From a bacterium (GTDB taxonomy: Bacteria > Margulisbacteria > Marinamargulisbacteria > SXXA01 > JAHFDB01), in the NCBI GenBank assembly GCA_023249195.1, contig JAHFDB010000006.1, forward strand, positions 1 to 49,481: a DNA stretch of 49,481 nucleotides. The letters run 5' to 3'. This document shows, one piece after another, positions 20,566 through 29,800 of this stretch. Position numbers and translations under genes: made by a program. The notes under the pieces were generated by a model. That model was given only the letters and a program-made list of their open reading frames with translations, was not told the origin of the DNA and ran no database searches. The first letter of the stretch is position 1. The number at the start of each line of letters is the position of its first letter.

Positions 20566-21767
20566 AGAGATTCGCTCAATTCTGTGATTTCGTGGGAACA
20601 AGCAATGCCTGAAATTCTGGCCAAAGCAGACATGGTGTCCATGTGTCCCTGGGCATCGGCCTCGGTCATAGGCTCAAATAACATGCCTTGAGAATTTAAG
20701 TTTTCACGCTCAGACTTGAGGGTATTTACCCGAAAAAAGCCACCCGCTACTTGATTGTAAACTGAATACAAACAAGGCTCAGCGGGATATCCCTTTGATT
20801 TAAAAAGAGTTGAAACCCCTTCTTGAAGAATAAATCGCTCCATTAGCTGACCACTTTTCCCCTTGGATAAATTATTGCGGGCTTTTCTGTTTAATGTCAG
20901 AAGCTCTGAAGGATCTTCAATAGAAATAACCCCCATGCCATAGGTACCTGAATCACTTTTTAAGAAAATCAGGGGCTTTTCTCTAATCCCATATTCTGTA
21001 TATTTTAAATCAATTTTTTTAAACAAGTCTGATGCTGATTGCGCAAGACGTTCACGAGACGCCTCGTCGTTAATATCTACAGAATGAACCATATCGAAGT
21101 CACATCTCCACAGCCACGGATCTAATCCCTCTGTTTGACACATCTCTTCAATAATCTGATTCGCATGATGAAAATGGCGTGATTTCAATCGTGAATGCCA
21201 GCCTGCAGCAATGGATGGGAAAATGGGGAAGGGTAAATTCTGTAAACTTTTAGCAATGCCGGAAGTCAAATCATTGTTAAGAATGGCGGCATCAAAAACA
21301 CGCTCACCACTTTGAATGCCCTTTAACAACCGCATAAAGCAATACATCTGTAAAAGCTGCCCGGTTGCGGTTTCCAACATCACAAAATCAGAGTGGTCAC
21401 AGATGTTATCTACTTTAGGGTCTAGAAAGGTTGCACAGATAACACTTAATCCTGCTGATTCAATCAAAGCTTTTAAAACACGTACATTCTCTAGATACCA
21501 GGTATTGCGTGTGTGTTCTTCCGCAATCAATAGAATCGAGTGTGCCTTGGGAAGTTTTTGAGCAAAGAACCTTTGAATAGCCAGAGCCGCTTTTGTGCGA
21601 GCCTCTTCACTGAGATTATTAAACCCTGCAGGAAATAAATTGGCATCTACCACTGCCATTTTGAACCCAGAATATCGAATATCCACCGATCCGTAGAAAG
21701 GCAGATCACAAGAAAGTTCTCTCTGTGAGAGTAACGACATGAATTCGGAGGAAAATAGTGGTAGCAT
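20562..21767 (-). CDS. gshA: Glutamate--cysteine ligase (ATP-grasp-like GshA type)
   Basis: PFYGSVDIR.SGFK..VDANLFPAGFNNL, EEHTRN..Y, LNNDL, GWHSRLKS, GTYGMG, ENLNS.G; adjacent to gshB. Confidence 0.92.
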   Translation of the reverse strand: MLPLFSSEFMSLLSQRELSCDLPFYGSVDIRYSGFKMAVVDANLFPAGFNNLSEEARTKAALAIQRFFAQKLPKAHSILLIAEEHTRNTWYLENVRVLKALIESAGLSVICATFLDPKVDNICDHSDFVMLETATGQLLQMYCFMRLLKGIQSGERVFDAAILNNDLTSGIAKSLQNLPFPIFPSIAAGWHSRLKSRHFHHANQIIEEMCQTEGLDPWLWRCDFDMVHSVDINDEASRERLAQSASDLFKKIDLKYTEYGIREKPLIFLKSDSGTYGMGVISIEDPSELLTLNRKARNNLSKGKSGQLMERFILQEGVSTLFKSKGYPAEPCLYSVYNQVAGGFFRVNTLKSERENLNSQGMLFEPMTEADAQGHMDTMSALARISGIACSHEITELSESL

Positions 21768-21790
21768 AAGAGAATATTATACCCGATCTT

Positions 21791-22573
21791 ATGAGAATCA
21801 AACTTATCTTTTTCTTTGCCATCGCAATCGCGTCCTCTGTTGTAGCCAGTACGATCGACACAGTTGCCTATACCTATGCAGGAAATTTCAAGGCTTGGGT
21901 CAGCATTCCAGATACACCTGGCAAACATCCGGTACTTGTGTATAACTATGACGAATATTTTGACTGGGCCGGAGAAAGAGCCGCTGTACTAAGAGGCTAT
22001 GACATTAGAAAATTCATGGAAACCTTTGTTAAGTGGGGCTATATCTGTATTGTGCCTATTGAACGTCATCATAAAGTAAACGCGATTAAAGGCGCCGTTT
22101 TTTATGCGGAAAAAATGACACAAACAGATAAATCAAGAATCCATCTGGTCGGTATTTCCGAAGGTGCTTTTTTATCGATGCTGACCTTGGATGTTCTGCC
22201 CGAAGTCGCTTCTATTACCCTTATTGCACCTATTACCATTCACTACTCAGGCTACTATTCTTTCCCAGAAGCCCTCAGAAAAATGCCTAAAATGACACTC
22301 CCTATTCTTTATTTGGTCGGCCGAGAGGATAAAATCTGGAAAATGAAAATCACAACGCTGCTTTATCAACTGCTCAAACAAGAAAACAAAACGGTAACCT
22401 ACAAGGAATATGACGAAGAAAGAAGGTTTTTTTGGGATTCAAGCAGTTCATTTATGACCGATATTCACCAATTTATTGAAAATAAAACCCGAATCAAGGG
22501 GGCTACTCCAGGACCACAGGAAGTCCCCGTATCACAAAATATTTTACAGGAGCTCCTTGGTTTTGCGCATTAG
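21791..22573 (+). CDS. Exported alpha/beta-hydrolase fold protein (dienelactone hydrolase-like)
   Basis: Signal peptide; GKHPVLV, RIHLVGISEGA nucleophile elbow, PILYLVGRED. Confidence 0.75.
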   Translation: MRIKLIFFFAIAIASSVVASTIDTVAYTYAGNFKAWVSIPDTPGKHPVLVYNYDEYFDWAGERAAVLRGYDIRKFMETFVKWGYICIVPIERHHKVNAIKGAVFYAEKMTQTDKSRIHLVGISEGAFLSMLTLDVLPEVASITLIAPITIHYSGYYSFPEALRKMPKMTLPILYLVGREDKIWKMKITTLLYQLLKQENKTVTYKEYDEERRFFWDSSSSFMTDIHQFIENKTRIKGATPGPQEVPVSQNILQELLGFAH

Positions 22574-23183
22574 AACTCATACGAATCCTTTTAACTACTT
22601 TACCCGAATGGAATCCCTTGATTTTTCAACGGTACTCCCCCACTTTTCTGGAACTTTTGACTTTGAAGTGGGCTTCGGCAGAGGCCTGTTTATTCGCCAC
22701 TATGCGACCATGTTTCCTGAACGGTCTATTGTGGGAATTGAAGTTAGAAAAAATCCGGTAGAGCTTTTGAAAATCAAACTTAAAAAAGAAGCCATAAAAA
22801 ACGCCTATGTTATTCACGGTACGGCAGAAATTTGCCTTGCTGATATGATTCCGGACGGTAGCCTTAATCGTGTTTTTATTTTTCATCCGGACCCTTGGTT
22901 CAAAAAAAGGCACCATAAACGTCGGGTTATAAACCCTAAATTTCTGGTTCAATTACGCCCTAAATTAGCACCTAATGCCACCCTGTATGTGTCCACAGAT
23001 GTCGCCCCCCTATGGGACAGCATGGAAGAAACCATTCTCGATAGTGGTTATTTTAATACGATTGAAGATCCTGTCTTTTGGGAAACCTGTTACCTCACCA
23101 ACTGGCAAGCCTTTAGTAAAAGAGACCAACGCACTACCTATTTTGGAACCTACCAACTCCGCCATGAAGAAAATTCGCACTAA
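22563..23183 (+). CDS. trmB: tRNA (guanine-N7)-methyltransferase
   Basis: RIRTHTNP, EVGFGRG, GIEVR, HPDPWFKKRHHKRR; probable TTG start at 22563 after AGGAG. Confidence 0.93.
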   Translation: MRIRTHTNPFNYFTRMESLDFSTVLPHFSGTFDFEVGFGRGLFIRHYATMFPERSIVGIEVRKNPVELLKIKLKKEAIKNAYVIHGTAEICLADMIPDGSLNRVFIFHPDPWFKKRHHKRRVINPKFLVQLRPKLAPNATLYVSTDVAPLWDSMEETILDSGYFNTIEDPVFWETCYLTNWQAFSKRDQRTTYFGTYQLRHEENSH

Positions 23184-24669
23184 TTTAAGCAAATCGCTTT
23201 ATTTAAAGGGCCTGCAATGTCATAAATCACTTTGGCTGATGAAAACCCAACCTGAACTCAGACATATCGATACCCACCGCAATGCACTTTTTGAAGAAGG
23301 CATTCTGATAGGAAAAATGGCACACTCACTCTATCCGGGAGGTCGTCATATCGACCAAGAAGCCTCTGCGTTTCCCCATCGATTGGCGCTCACGGAAGCC
23401 TTGCTCAAAGACCCTGCCTGTCCGACTTTGTTTGAAGCTACCTTCCAATATCAAAACACCTTAATTATGGTTGATATTCTTCACAAAACCCCTGAAGGAA
23501 TGGAACTTATTGAGGTTAAAAGCAGCACCTCAGAAAAAGCCATTTTTATTGACGATTTATCCTTGCAATACTATGTCTTAACAGGTCTCACTATTCCAAT
23601 AAAAAATGTCTTTCTTATGCATATTAACGCCCACTATGTGAGGAAAGCCCAACTCAAACTTTCTAAACTCTTTAAAAAGTCAGCGCTGACTGACAAAGTG
23701 AGTCAGAACCAAAACAAAGTTCATACCCAGATTAATGCGATGAGAAACTCTCTTCAAAATGCTCAGGAACCCTTGTTTTTTCAAAACAGTCTTGAAAATA
23801 TCGACATTGGCACTCATTGTTTTCACCCGTACAATTGTGATTTTATGCCTCATTGCTGGAAACACATTCCCCCACACTCTGTATTTAACCTCACAGGGTT
23901 GCCTATCGAGAGTAAATTCGAACTCTATAAAAAAGGTCATACCCTCATTCAAGATATCCCTGATTCGCATCTACTTTCCGAATCTAGCCAAGTACAAAAA
24001 AAAGCCGAAAGCGAGTCTCCGCTTATTAACAAGCCTGCTATTCAAGACTTTCTTAAAACACTGCATTACCCTCTCTATTTTATGGATTTTGAGGCCTTTC
24101 AAAAAGCCATTCCTCCCTATCCAGGTGTTCGACCTTACCAGCAAATTCCTTTCCAGTTTTCTATCCATTATTTAAACAGTCCCTTCGATACCCTTAGTCA
24201 TAAAGAATTTTTAGCAGACCCAAAAAAAGACCCTCGATATGAGTTTGCAAGGGCCTTGGTTAAGCATATTCCACAAACCGCATGTGTACTCACTTATGAC
24301 AGTGGTTATGAAAAAAGTGTGGTTAAACAACTCGCCGAAACCTTTCCTAAGTTATCCACCCATTTAATGGCCATTCATGCCAATATTATCGACTTGATGA
24401 TCCCTTTTCAGAAGCATTACTATTACACCCAAGAAATGAAAGGAAGCTGTTCTATTAAGGCTATTTTACCTGCACTTGTTCCCGAACTGACTTACACCAA
24501 TCTCCATATCCCTAATGGAGAGATGGCCAGTAAAAGTTATTCCAGACTTGCTCACCTTAAAGATCCCAAAGAAATTCAAACCATTAGGCAAGATCTTCTT
24601 GACTATTGCAGATTAGATACCTTTGCAATGGTCAAAATAGTCGAAGTCTTAATAAAGGAGTCCCAGTGA
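23164..24669 (+). CDS. DUF2779-domain protein (N-terminal PD-(D/E)XK nuclease-like region, C-terminal RNase H/DEDD-like region)
   Basis: LSKS..L.GLQC.K.LWL, VDIL..IEVKSST, HC..PY.CDF..HCW, YPLYFMDFE, PYQQIPFQFS, SIK.ILPAL, YC.LDT. Confidence 0.85.
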   Translation: MKKIRTNLSKSLYLKGLQCHKSLWLMKTQPELRHIDTHRNALFEEGILIGKMAHSLYPGGRHIDQEASAFPHRLALTEALLKDPACPTLFEATFQYQNTLIMVDILHKTPEGMELIEVKSSTSEKAIFIDDLSLQYYVLTGLTIPIKNVFLMHINAHYVRKAQLKLSKLFKKSALTDKVSQNQNKVHTQINAMRNSLQNAQEPLFFQNSLENIDIGTHCFHPYNCDFMPHCWKHIPPHSVFNLTGLPIESKFELYKKGHTLIQDIPDSHLLSESSQVQKKAESESPLINKPAIQDFLKTLHYPLYFMDFEAFQKAIPPYPGVRPYQQIPFQFSIHYLNSPFDTLSHKEFLADPKKDPRYEFARALVKHIPQTACVLTYDSGYEKSVVKQLAETFPKLSTHLMAIHANIIDLMIPFQKHYYYTQEMKGSCSIKAILPALVPELTYTNLHIPNGEMASKSYSRLAHLKDPKEIQTIRQDLLDYCRLDTFAMVKIVEVLIKESQ

Positions 24670-25274
24670 ATACACATTTTTTAGAACAATACGAACTAGG
24701 TCCGATGCAGAATCAGATCTATTTATTGGCAGATCCAAGTACACAGCAAGCCTATCTTGTGGATCCTGCCTGGGACATTCCCTTTTTACTCAAAAAAATC
24801 GAAACCTATGGATTTCACTTGATGGGGGTCCTTCTTACTCACGGACACCCTGACCACACGAATGGGATACCTGAGCTTATCAAAATATACCCTACTCTTC
24901 CTATCTATGTCTCAAAACACGAAGCTGCGATTCTAAAACCAAAGGTTTCTACCCTCATCGAGGTGCTCGATCAAGAGATTATCATGCTTGGAAACCTTGA
25001 AATCACTTGCATTTTTACCCCTGGGCACTCTCCAGGAGGTCAATGTTTCTGGATCGACGACATCTTACTTACCGGGGATAGTTTATTTATTAATGGCTGT
25101 GGACGTGTCGACCTTCCCGGGTCTAACGCCGATCACCTATTTGAAAGCCTTCAAAAGATTGGAAAACTACCTGACCACACCGTCATTTATCCGGGACATC
25201 GCTATCATCCTAAAACCAGCGATACCTTAGGCAATCAAAAATTAAGCAATCGATATCTGAGTCAACGTCGGTAA
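24666..25274 (+). CDS. MBL-fold metallo-hydrolase (glyoxalase II-like)
   Basis: THGHPDH, TPGHSPG, TGDSLF..GCGR.D, YPGH; GTGA overlap with upstream stop, AAGGAG RBS. Confidence 0.9.
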   Translation: MNTHFLEQYELGPMQNQIYLLADPSTQQAYLVDPAWDIPFLLKKIETYGFHLMGVLLTHGHPDHTNGIPELIKIYPTLPIYVSKHEAAILKPKVSTLIEVLDQEIIMLGNLEITCIFTPGHSPGGQCFWIDDILLTGDSLFINGCGRVDLPGSNADHLFESLQKIGKLPDHTVIYPGHRYHPKTSDTLGNQKLSNRYLSQRR

Positions 25275-25883
25275 AACTGCTCGTAATTGATCAAAAGAAA
25301 GGCTTCCTTCCCGCAACAGGAGGGGATTGGGTCGCGTCACATCGACGATGCTTGAACTTACGCCTAAGAAGGGTTCCTCATTGGGCACACTAAACGCCAA
25401 AGACATCCCAAAGATAGCCTCAATTTCTGCAACGGTGTTTAAAGACTGTTCCCCTGAAATATTGGCGCTAGTCACGGCTAATGGCCCCACCCTTTTGAGT
25501 AATTCTAAGCAAAAAAAATGATTAGGCATGCGAACCGCTAGGGTGGATTGCCCGGCTGTTACTAAATCTGAAATGTGAGTTTGTTTTTCTAAAATTAGGG
25601 TCAAAGGGCCTGGCCAAAAAGCATCCCATAATCGATAGGCCGATTGAGGGACGTTTTGCACAAGGCTTAAACAGGTGTCGATAGAATCTACCAAGACAGG
25701 CAAAGCCTTATTTCGAGAACGTTTTTTCAAATCATACAATCGAGATATGGCCGTTTCATCGTAAAGAAAGGCTGCAATGCCATACACCGTGTCTGTGGGA
25801 ATCGCAATTAAGCGTCCGCTTTCTAAGTTTTGAATACTATTTTGAAGATTCGCGATAGCCATAGACATCCAGTTTAACCCCAT
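25242..25883 (-). CDS. tsaC: L-threonylcarbamoyladenylate synthase (YrdC/Sua5)
   Basis: PTDTVYG, LKKR...KAL, FWPGPLT, AVRMP, TSANISG. Confidence 0.93.
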   Translation of the reverse strand: MGLNWMSMAIANLQNSIQNLESGRLIAIPTDTVYGIAAFLYDETAISRLYDLKKRSRNKALPVLVDSIDTCLSLVQNVPQSAYRLWDAFWPGPLTLILEKQTHISDLVTAGQSTLAVRMPNHFFCLELLKRVGPLAVTSANISGEQSLNTVAEIEAIFGMSLAFSVPNEEPFLGVSSSIVDVTRPNPLLLREGSLSFDQLRAVLPTLTQISIA

Positions 25884-25914
25884 ACAAAAACATGGTAAAG
25901 TAAGTTACTTACTT

Positions 25915-26670
25915 ATGTATCCAGAACTCAATCAAAAAGTAGCCCTTATTACTGGCGCAACCCGAGGTTTCGGTCGGGCCATTGCGATTCGCCTTGCCCA
26001 GGAAGGGGTTCGAATTGTCATTAATTATCGCCGCAGCATGACCGAAGCACAAGAAGTATTGGATACCATCACCTCAATGGGTGGGACGGCCAAAGCTATT
26101 CGATGTGATATTGGAGACGAAGACAAAATTTATAAGATGTTTGACGATATTCAAGCTGCTTTTGGACGGCTGGATATACTTATTCCCAATGCCTCGTTTG
26201 GTATTCCTGGAAAACTTATGGACGCAAAATCCAAATATTGGGATGTCACCTTCGATTCTACGGCAAAATCCTTGCTTTTAATGGCTCAAAGAGCGGTTCC
26301 ACTGATGAACCAGTGGGGGCGCATTGTTACCGTGACAAGCTATGGTGGGCAAAGGGTTCTAGATGCTTATGGTGTCGTCGGACCTGCCAAGGGAGCCGTT
26401 GAATCTTTAACCCGATCTTTGGCGGTAGAATTGGCCCCCATGAACATTATTGTCAATGGGGTTATGCCAGGATTAGCTGACACGAAATCATTTCGCGCGA
26501 TTCCTGGTGCAGACCAAGCCTTAGCACGAATCGCACAAAAAACCCCCGCTGGCCGTGTTGTGTCATGTGAAGAAGTGGCCAATGTTGTCGCTTTTTTGTG
26601 TTCGAATCAAGCAAATATGATCGTCGGACAATTTATTATCATCGATGGTGGAGCCTTTATTGTTGGCTAA
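25915..26670 (+). CDS. SDR oxidoreductase, FabL-like enoyl-ACP reductase
   Basis: TGATRGFG Rossmann motif; Y-x6-K (YGVVGPAK); TPAGR. Confidence 0.8.
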   Translation: MYPELNQKVALITGATRGFGRAIAIRLAQEGVRIVINYRRSMTEAQEVLDTITSMGGTAKAIRCDIGDEDKIYKMFDDIQAAFGRLDILIPNASFGIPGKLMDAKSKYWDVTFDSTAKSLLLMAQRAVPLMNQWGRIVTVTSYGGQRVLDAYGVVGPAKGAVESLTRSLAVELAPMNIIVNGVMPGLADTKSFRAIPGADQALARIAQKTPAGRVVSCEEVANVVAFLCSNQANMIVGQFIIIDGGAFIVG

Positions 26671-27208
26671 ATACACACGGTTCCTAGGCATTGGCTTTTT
26701 TATGCTTTTGGGATGTCAAAAAGCCCCGATTGAGAGCTATATTATTCCCAAAGAAACCCCACCTGCCTTGCCTGCTATGATGGCTACGGCACCCTCTTCA
26801 AAACTTCGTTGGACTATACCCAAAGAATGGACTTCTCAACCTGCAACAGCCATGCGTCTTGCAAGCTTCTTGATCAACACACATTCCAGAGAAAAATGTG
26901 AGGTTTCAGTGGTCAGCTTATCGGGTGAAGCCGGTGGGATATTAGCAAATGTGAACCGCTGGAGAGGGCAACTTCAGCTCGACCCCGTGTCTGAATCAGC
27001 GCTCAACAACAGCCTGTCTCACCCAAAATTAGGGTCAAATATCTATACCACGACATGGCTTCATAATGAAACAAAGGCCATCCTTGTGGCTATTCTAAAA
27101 GTCCAAGATGAGACCTATTTTTTTAAACTGGTTGGAAATCTTAGTGATGTTAAAGATGCGACCCCCGCCTTTCACATGTTTCTAGCCTCAATCACATCTC
27201 GCCCATGA
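26645..27208 (+). CDS. Hypothetical lipoprotein of the type found next to ResB-like genes
   Basis: Lipobox LLGC; W..P..W, MRLASF, GGILANVNRWRGQL, YFFKL.G; start uncertain. Confidence 0.65.
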   Translation: MVEPLLLAKYTRFLGIGFFMLLGCQKAPIESYIIPKETPPALPAMMATAPSSKLRWTIPKEWTSQPATAMRLASFLINTHSREKCEVSVVSLSGEAGGILANVNRWRGQLQLDPVSESALNNSLSHPKLGSNIYTTTWLHNETKAILVAILKVQDETYFFKLVGNLSDVKDATPAFHMFLASITSRP

Positions 27209-28356
27209 CACTACCTATACGTTCCAAATTAATCAAAATAGCCGCTTCGCTCAATCTAACAGTGGCTTGTCTTATTGTTCTGATGATCTTGGTTTTTGCA
27301 GCCACACTGTCACAAATAAACCTCGGTATTTATTTTGCAAAAAAAACCTTCTTTCAGACTTTATGGGTCTATTGGGAACCGCAACCTCACATGAAGATAC
27401 CTGTCTTTCCCGGAGGCCTTTTGGTAGGTTGGGTGTTGTTTGTCAATCTCATTGTGGCTCACGTTACACGGTTTAAATGGACGTTTCAAAAAACAGGTAT
27501 CTGGCTCACACACGTTGGACTTATTCTGTTGATAGCAGGCAGTGGGTTGTCGAGCTATCTTGCCAAAGAAAGCCAAATGGCCATTCAAATTGGCGAAACA
27601 AAAAACTATACCACCAGCGCACAAGAGTTCGAATTGGCCATTATAAGCGAGGCTTCACCCACTACCCAACAGGTTATCAGCATTCCTCAATCCTCTATCA
27701 ACTCACATGTTAAAATCACTCCACCGAGCCTCCCTTTCACACTTGTAATCAAAGATTTTTTTTCCAATTCCAAGCTCAGTATGAACAAAGAAGGATCAAG
27801 CATAGCTACCCAAGGCATTGGCCCTCAAATTGCAGTCGATGAATTACCGCTAGACAAACATGAAGGGGGAGTCAACACACGCACCGCTTATGTCGAAATT
27901 TTTGAAGGCACACACTCGAAGGGTATTTGGCTTCTTTCAACCGGGTTAGGGGCTCCACAAACCGTTGTTATTGGATCAAAAATCTATACCTTATGGCTCA
28001 GACCTAAGCGTGTGTATCTTCCTTACACCGTCACATTATTAAAATTTAGCCACGATGTATATCCAGGCACCACCATTCCTAAAAATTTCTCATCGCATGT
28101 GAGAGTGGTTAATCCTGTTCAAAAAGAAACCCGCGATTTCTTAATTTACATGAACAACCCCTTGCGTTATCAAGGACAAACATTTTATCAAGCTAGTTTT
28201 GGGGGAAACGATACGCTTTCTGTTTTACAAGTTGTGCAGAACCCGAGTTGGTTAGTCCCGTATATTTCTTGCAGCATGATCTTTTTAGGACTGCTTATTC
28301 ATTTTATGACAATGGTCGTACAACGAACTCAAAGGAAACCCCATGCACACCCATAA
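27205..28356 (+). CDS. ResB-like cytochrome c biogenesis protein
   Basis: N-terminal TM helices, GIWLTHVG, PKNFSS, IYMNNPLRY.G..FYQAS, C-terminal TM. Confidence 0.8.
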   Translation: MTLPIRSKLIKIAASLNLTVACLIVLMILVFAATLSQINLGIYFAKKTFFQTLWVYWEPQPHMKIPVFPGGLLVGWVLFVNLIVAHVTRFKWTFQKTGIWLTHVGLILLIAGSGLSSYLAKESQMAIQIGETKNYTTSAQEFELAIISEASPTTQQVISIPQSSINSHVKITPPSLPFTLVIKDFFSNSKLSMNKEGSSIATQGIGPQIAVDELPLDKHEGGVNTRTAYVEIFEGTHSKGIWLLSTGLGAPQTVVIGSKIYTLWLRPKRVYLPYTVTLLKFSHDVYPGTTIPKNFSSHVRVVNPVQKETRDFLIYMNNPLRYQGQTFYQASFGGNDTLSVLQVVQNPSWLVPYISCSMIFLGLLIHFMTMVVQRTQRKPHAHP

Positions 28357-29041
28357 TCACAATGAAGAACACTTTACGGCTTCCGATAGGTTGCGAGATA
28401 GTGTTATCGGGCTTTCAGATGGGCTTACGGTTCCGTTTGCTTTAGCTGCGGGTCTTAGTGGGGTCGTCAATTCTAACCATATTATTATTATCGGAGGGAT
28501 TGCAGAAATAGTTGCCGGATCTATCGCCATGGGATTAGGGGGCTATCTAGCTGGTAAAACTGACGTCAATCATTACCACTCTGAGCTCAAGCGAGAATAT
28601 GATGAAATAGAAAGATTACCCGAAAAAGAAAAGCAAGAAGTGCGAGATGTTTTTGCTTCTTATGGGCTTTCAGAAAAAGCCCAAAATGAGATCACCGATG
28701 CCATTAGCCAAGACCCAGACAAGTGGGTTGATTTTATGATGAAATTTGAGCTTGGATTAGAAAAACCAGAACCTGGACGTGCACTAAAGAGTGCCCTCAC
28801 TATTGCCTCTGCTTACATCATCGGTGGATTTATTCCACTTTCAGGTTACTTTTTCACCACACAGCCCATAGACGGACTGCGAATTTCAACAATGATTACC
28901 TTGATCTGTTTATTTCTATTTGGTTATCTTAAGAGTAAACTTGTTGGACAATCCCCCATTAAAGGTGCTTTTTCTGTTATGTTGATTGGTGCTATTGCTT
29001 CATTAAGTGCCTTTTTGATCGCCAAAGCCGTGAGTCATTAA
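28343..29041 (+). CDS. VIT1/CCC1 family Fe/Mn transporter
   Basis: RDSVIGLSDGLTVPFALAAG, AGSIAMGLGGYL, ELKRE..EI, MMKFELG. Confidence 0.93.
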   Translation: MHTHNHNEEHFTASDRLRDSVIGLSDGLTVPFALAAGLSGVVNSNHIIIIGGIAEIVAGSIAMGLGGYLAGKTDVNHYHSELKREYDEIERLPEKEKQEVRDVFASYGLSEKAQNEITDAISQDPDKWVDFMMKFELGLEKPEPGRALKSALTIASAYIIGGFIPLSGYFFTTQPIDGLRISTMITLICLFLFGYLKSKLVGQSPIKGAFSVMLIGAIASLSAFLIAKAVSH

Positions 29042-29800
29042 ATGAAAAAATACTGCGTTGGCTTAATAGCACTAGTGGTTTGTTCTCCCCTTTTTGCGGA
29101 CATGCCCTTTAAACCCCCTCAGATGCCAACCGCAACTGAGCTCAGAGAACGGTATCCTACTATTGAAAAAATTGAGGCTATTATTGCCAATACCGATCAA
29201 GGCGAACCCTATTTTAGGGCTGGAATTGCCACTTTTTTTGAAGGCTCTATGACCAATATAAGACCTGTAGAATATTCTAAAGAAATCAAAAAAAAATACA
29301 ATGAAAGGGCTATTGAATTACTTGAGAATGCCAATCGTATTACCCCCAACAACCCCTACATTTTAGGCATGCTCGGAAGTGCTTATGGGGTTGAAGTCAC
29401 TTTTTCAAGCTTTCCAGGGCTTATTCATTGGGCTAACAAATGTCGAGCTATGATCAAGCGGGCCGTTGAAATTGCCCCTAATAACCCTGAAATACGCATG
29501 ATTCGACTTCGATGTGATGTGCGATTTCCCTATCAATATTATGCTTCAGTCAAAAACGAAATTTTAGAAGATCACTCATTGATTCAAGCTTGGATTAATC
29601 AGTCAAAAGAAGAAGACCTGACTGAAAATCAAATGAATTATTTTATAGCCCTTCACAACGAACTTAATTATTGGGTAGGTTATTACTTTACATACGAAGT
29701 CAAAAATAAAGACCAGGCTAAGCCTTTTTTACTCACCGTGCAACCAGGCTCAATTGAATATAGACAAGCCCAGATTTTGTTATCCAAGGTGTCTTTATGA
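29042..29800 (+). CDS. Exported TPR-like helical protein
   Basis: Signal peptide; AIELLENANRITPNNP and RAVEIAPNNPEIR TPR-like repeats. Confidence 0.65.
   Translation: MKKYCVGLIALVVCSPLFADMPFKPPQMPTATELRERYPTIEKIEAIIANTDQGEPYFRAGIATFFEGSMTNIRPVEYSKEIKKKYNERAIELLENANRITPNNPYILGMLGSAYGVEVTFSSFPGLIHWANKCRAMIKRAVEIAPNNPEIRMIRLRCDVRFPYQYYASVKNEILEDHSLIQAWINQSKEEDLTENQMNYFIALHNELNYWVGYYFTYEVKNKDQAKPFLLTVQPGSIEYRQAQILLSKVSL

Noticed and set aside
22975-23163. 63-aa N-terminal extension of the DUF2779 ORF
   Set aside because: It lies inside trmB; the family motif LSKS begins just after ATG 23164.
23164-24669. CRISPR-associated Cas4 interpretation
   Set aside because: No repeat-spacer array or other cas genes are visible; the domain layout fits stand-alone DUF2779.
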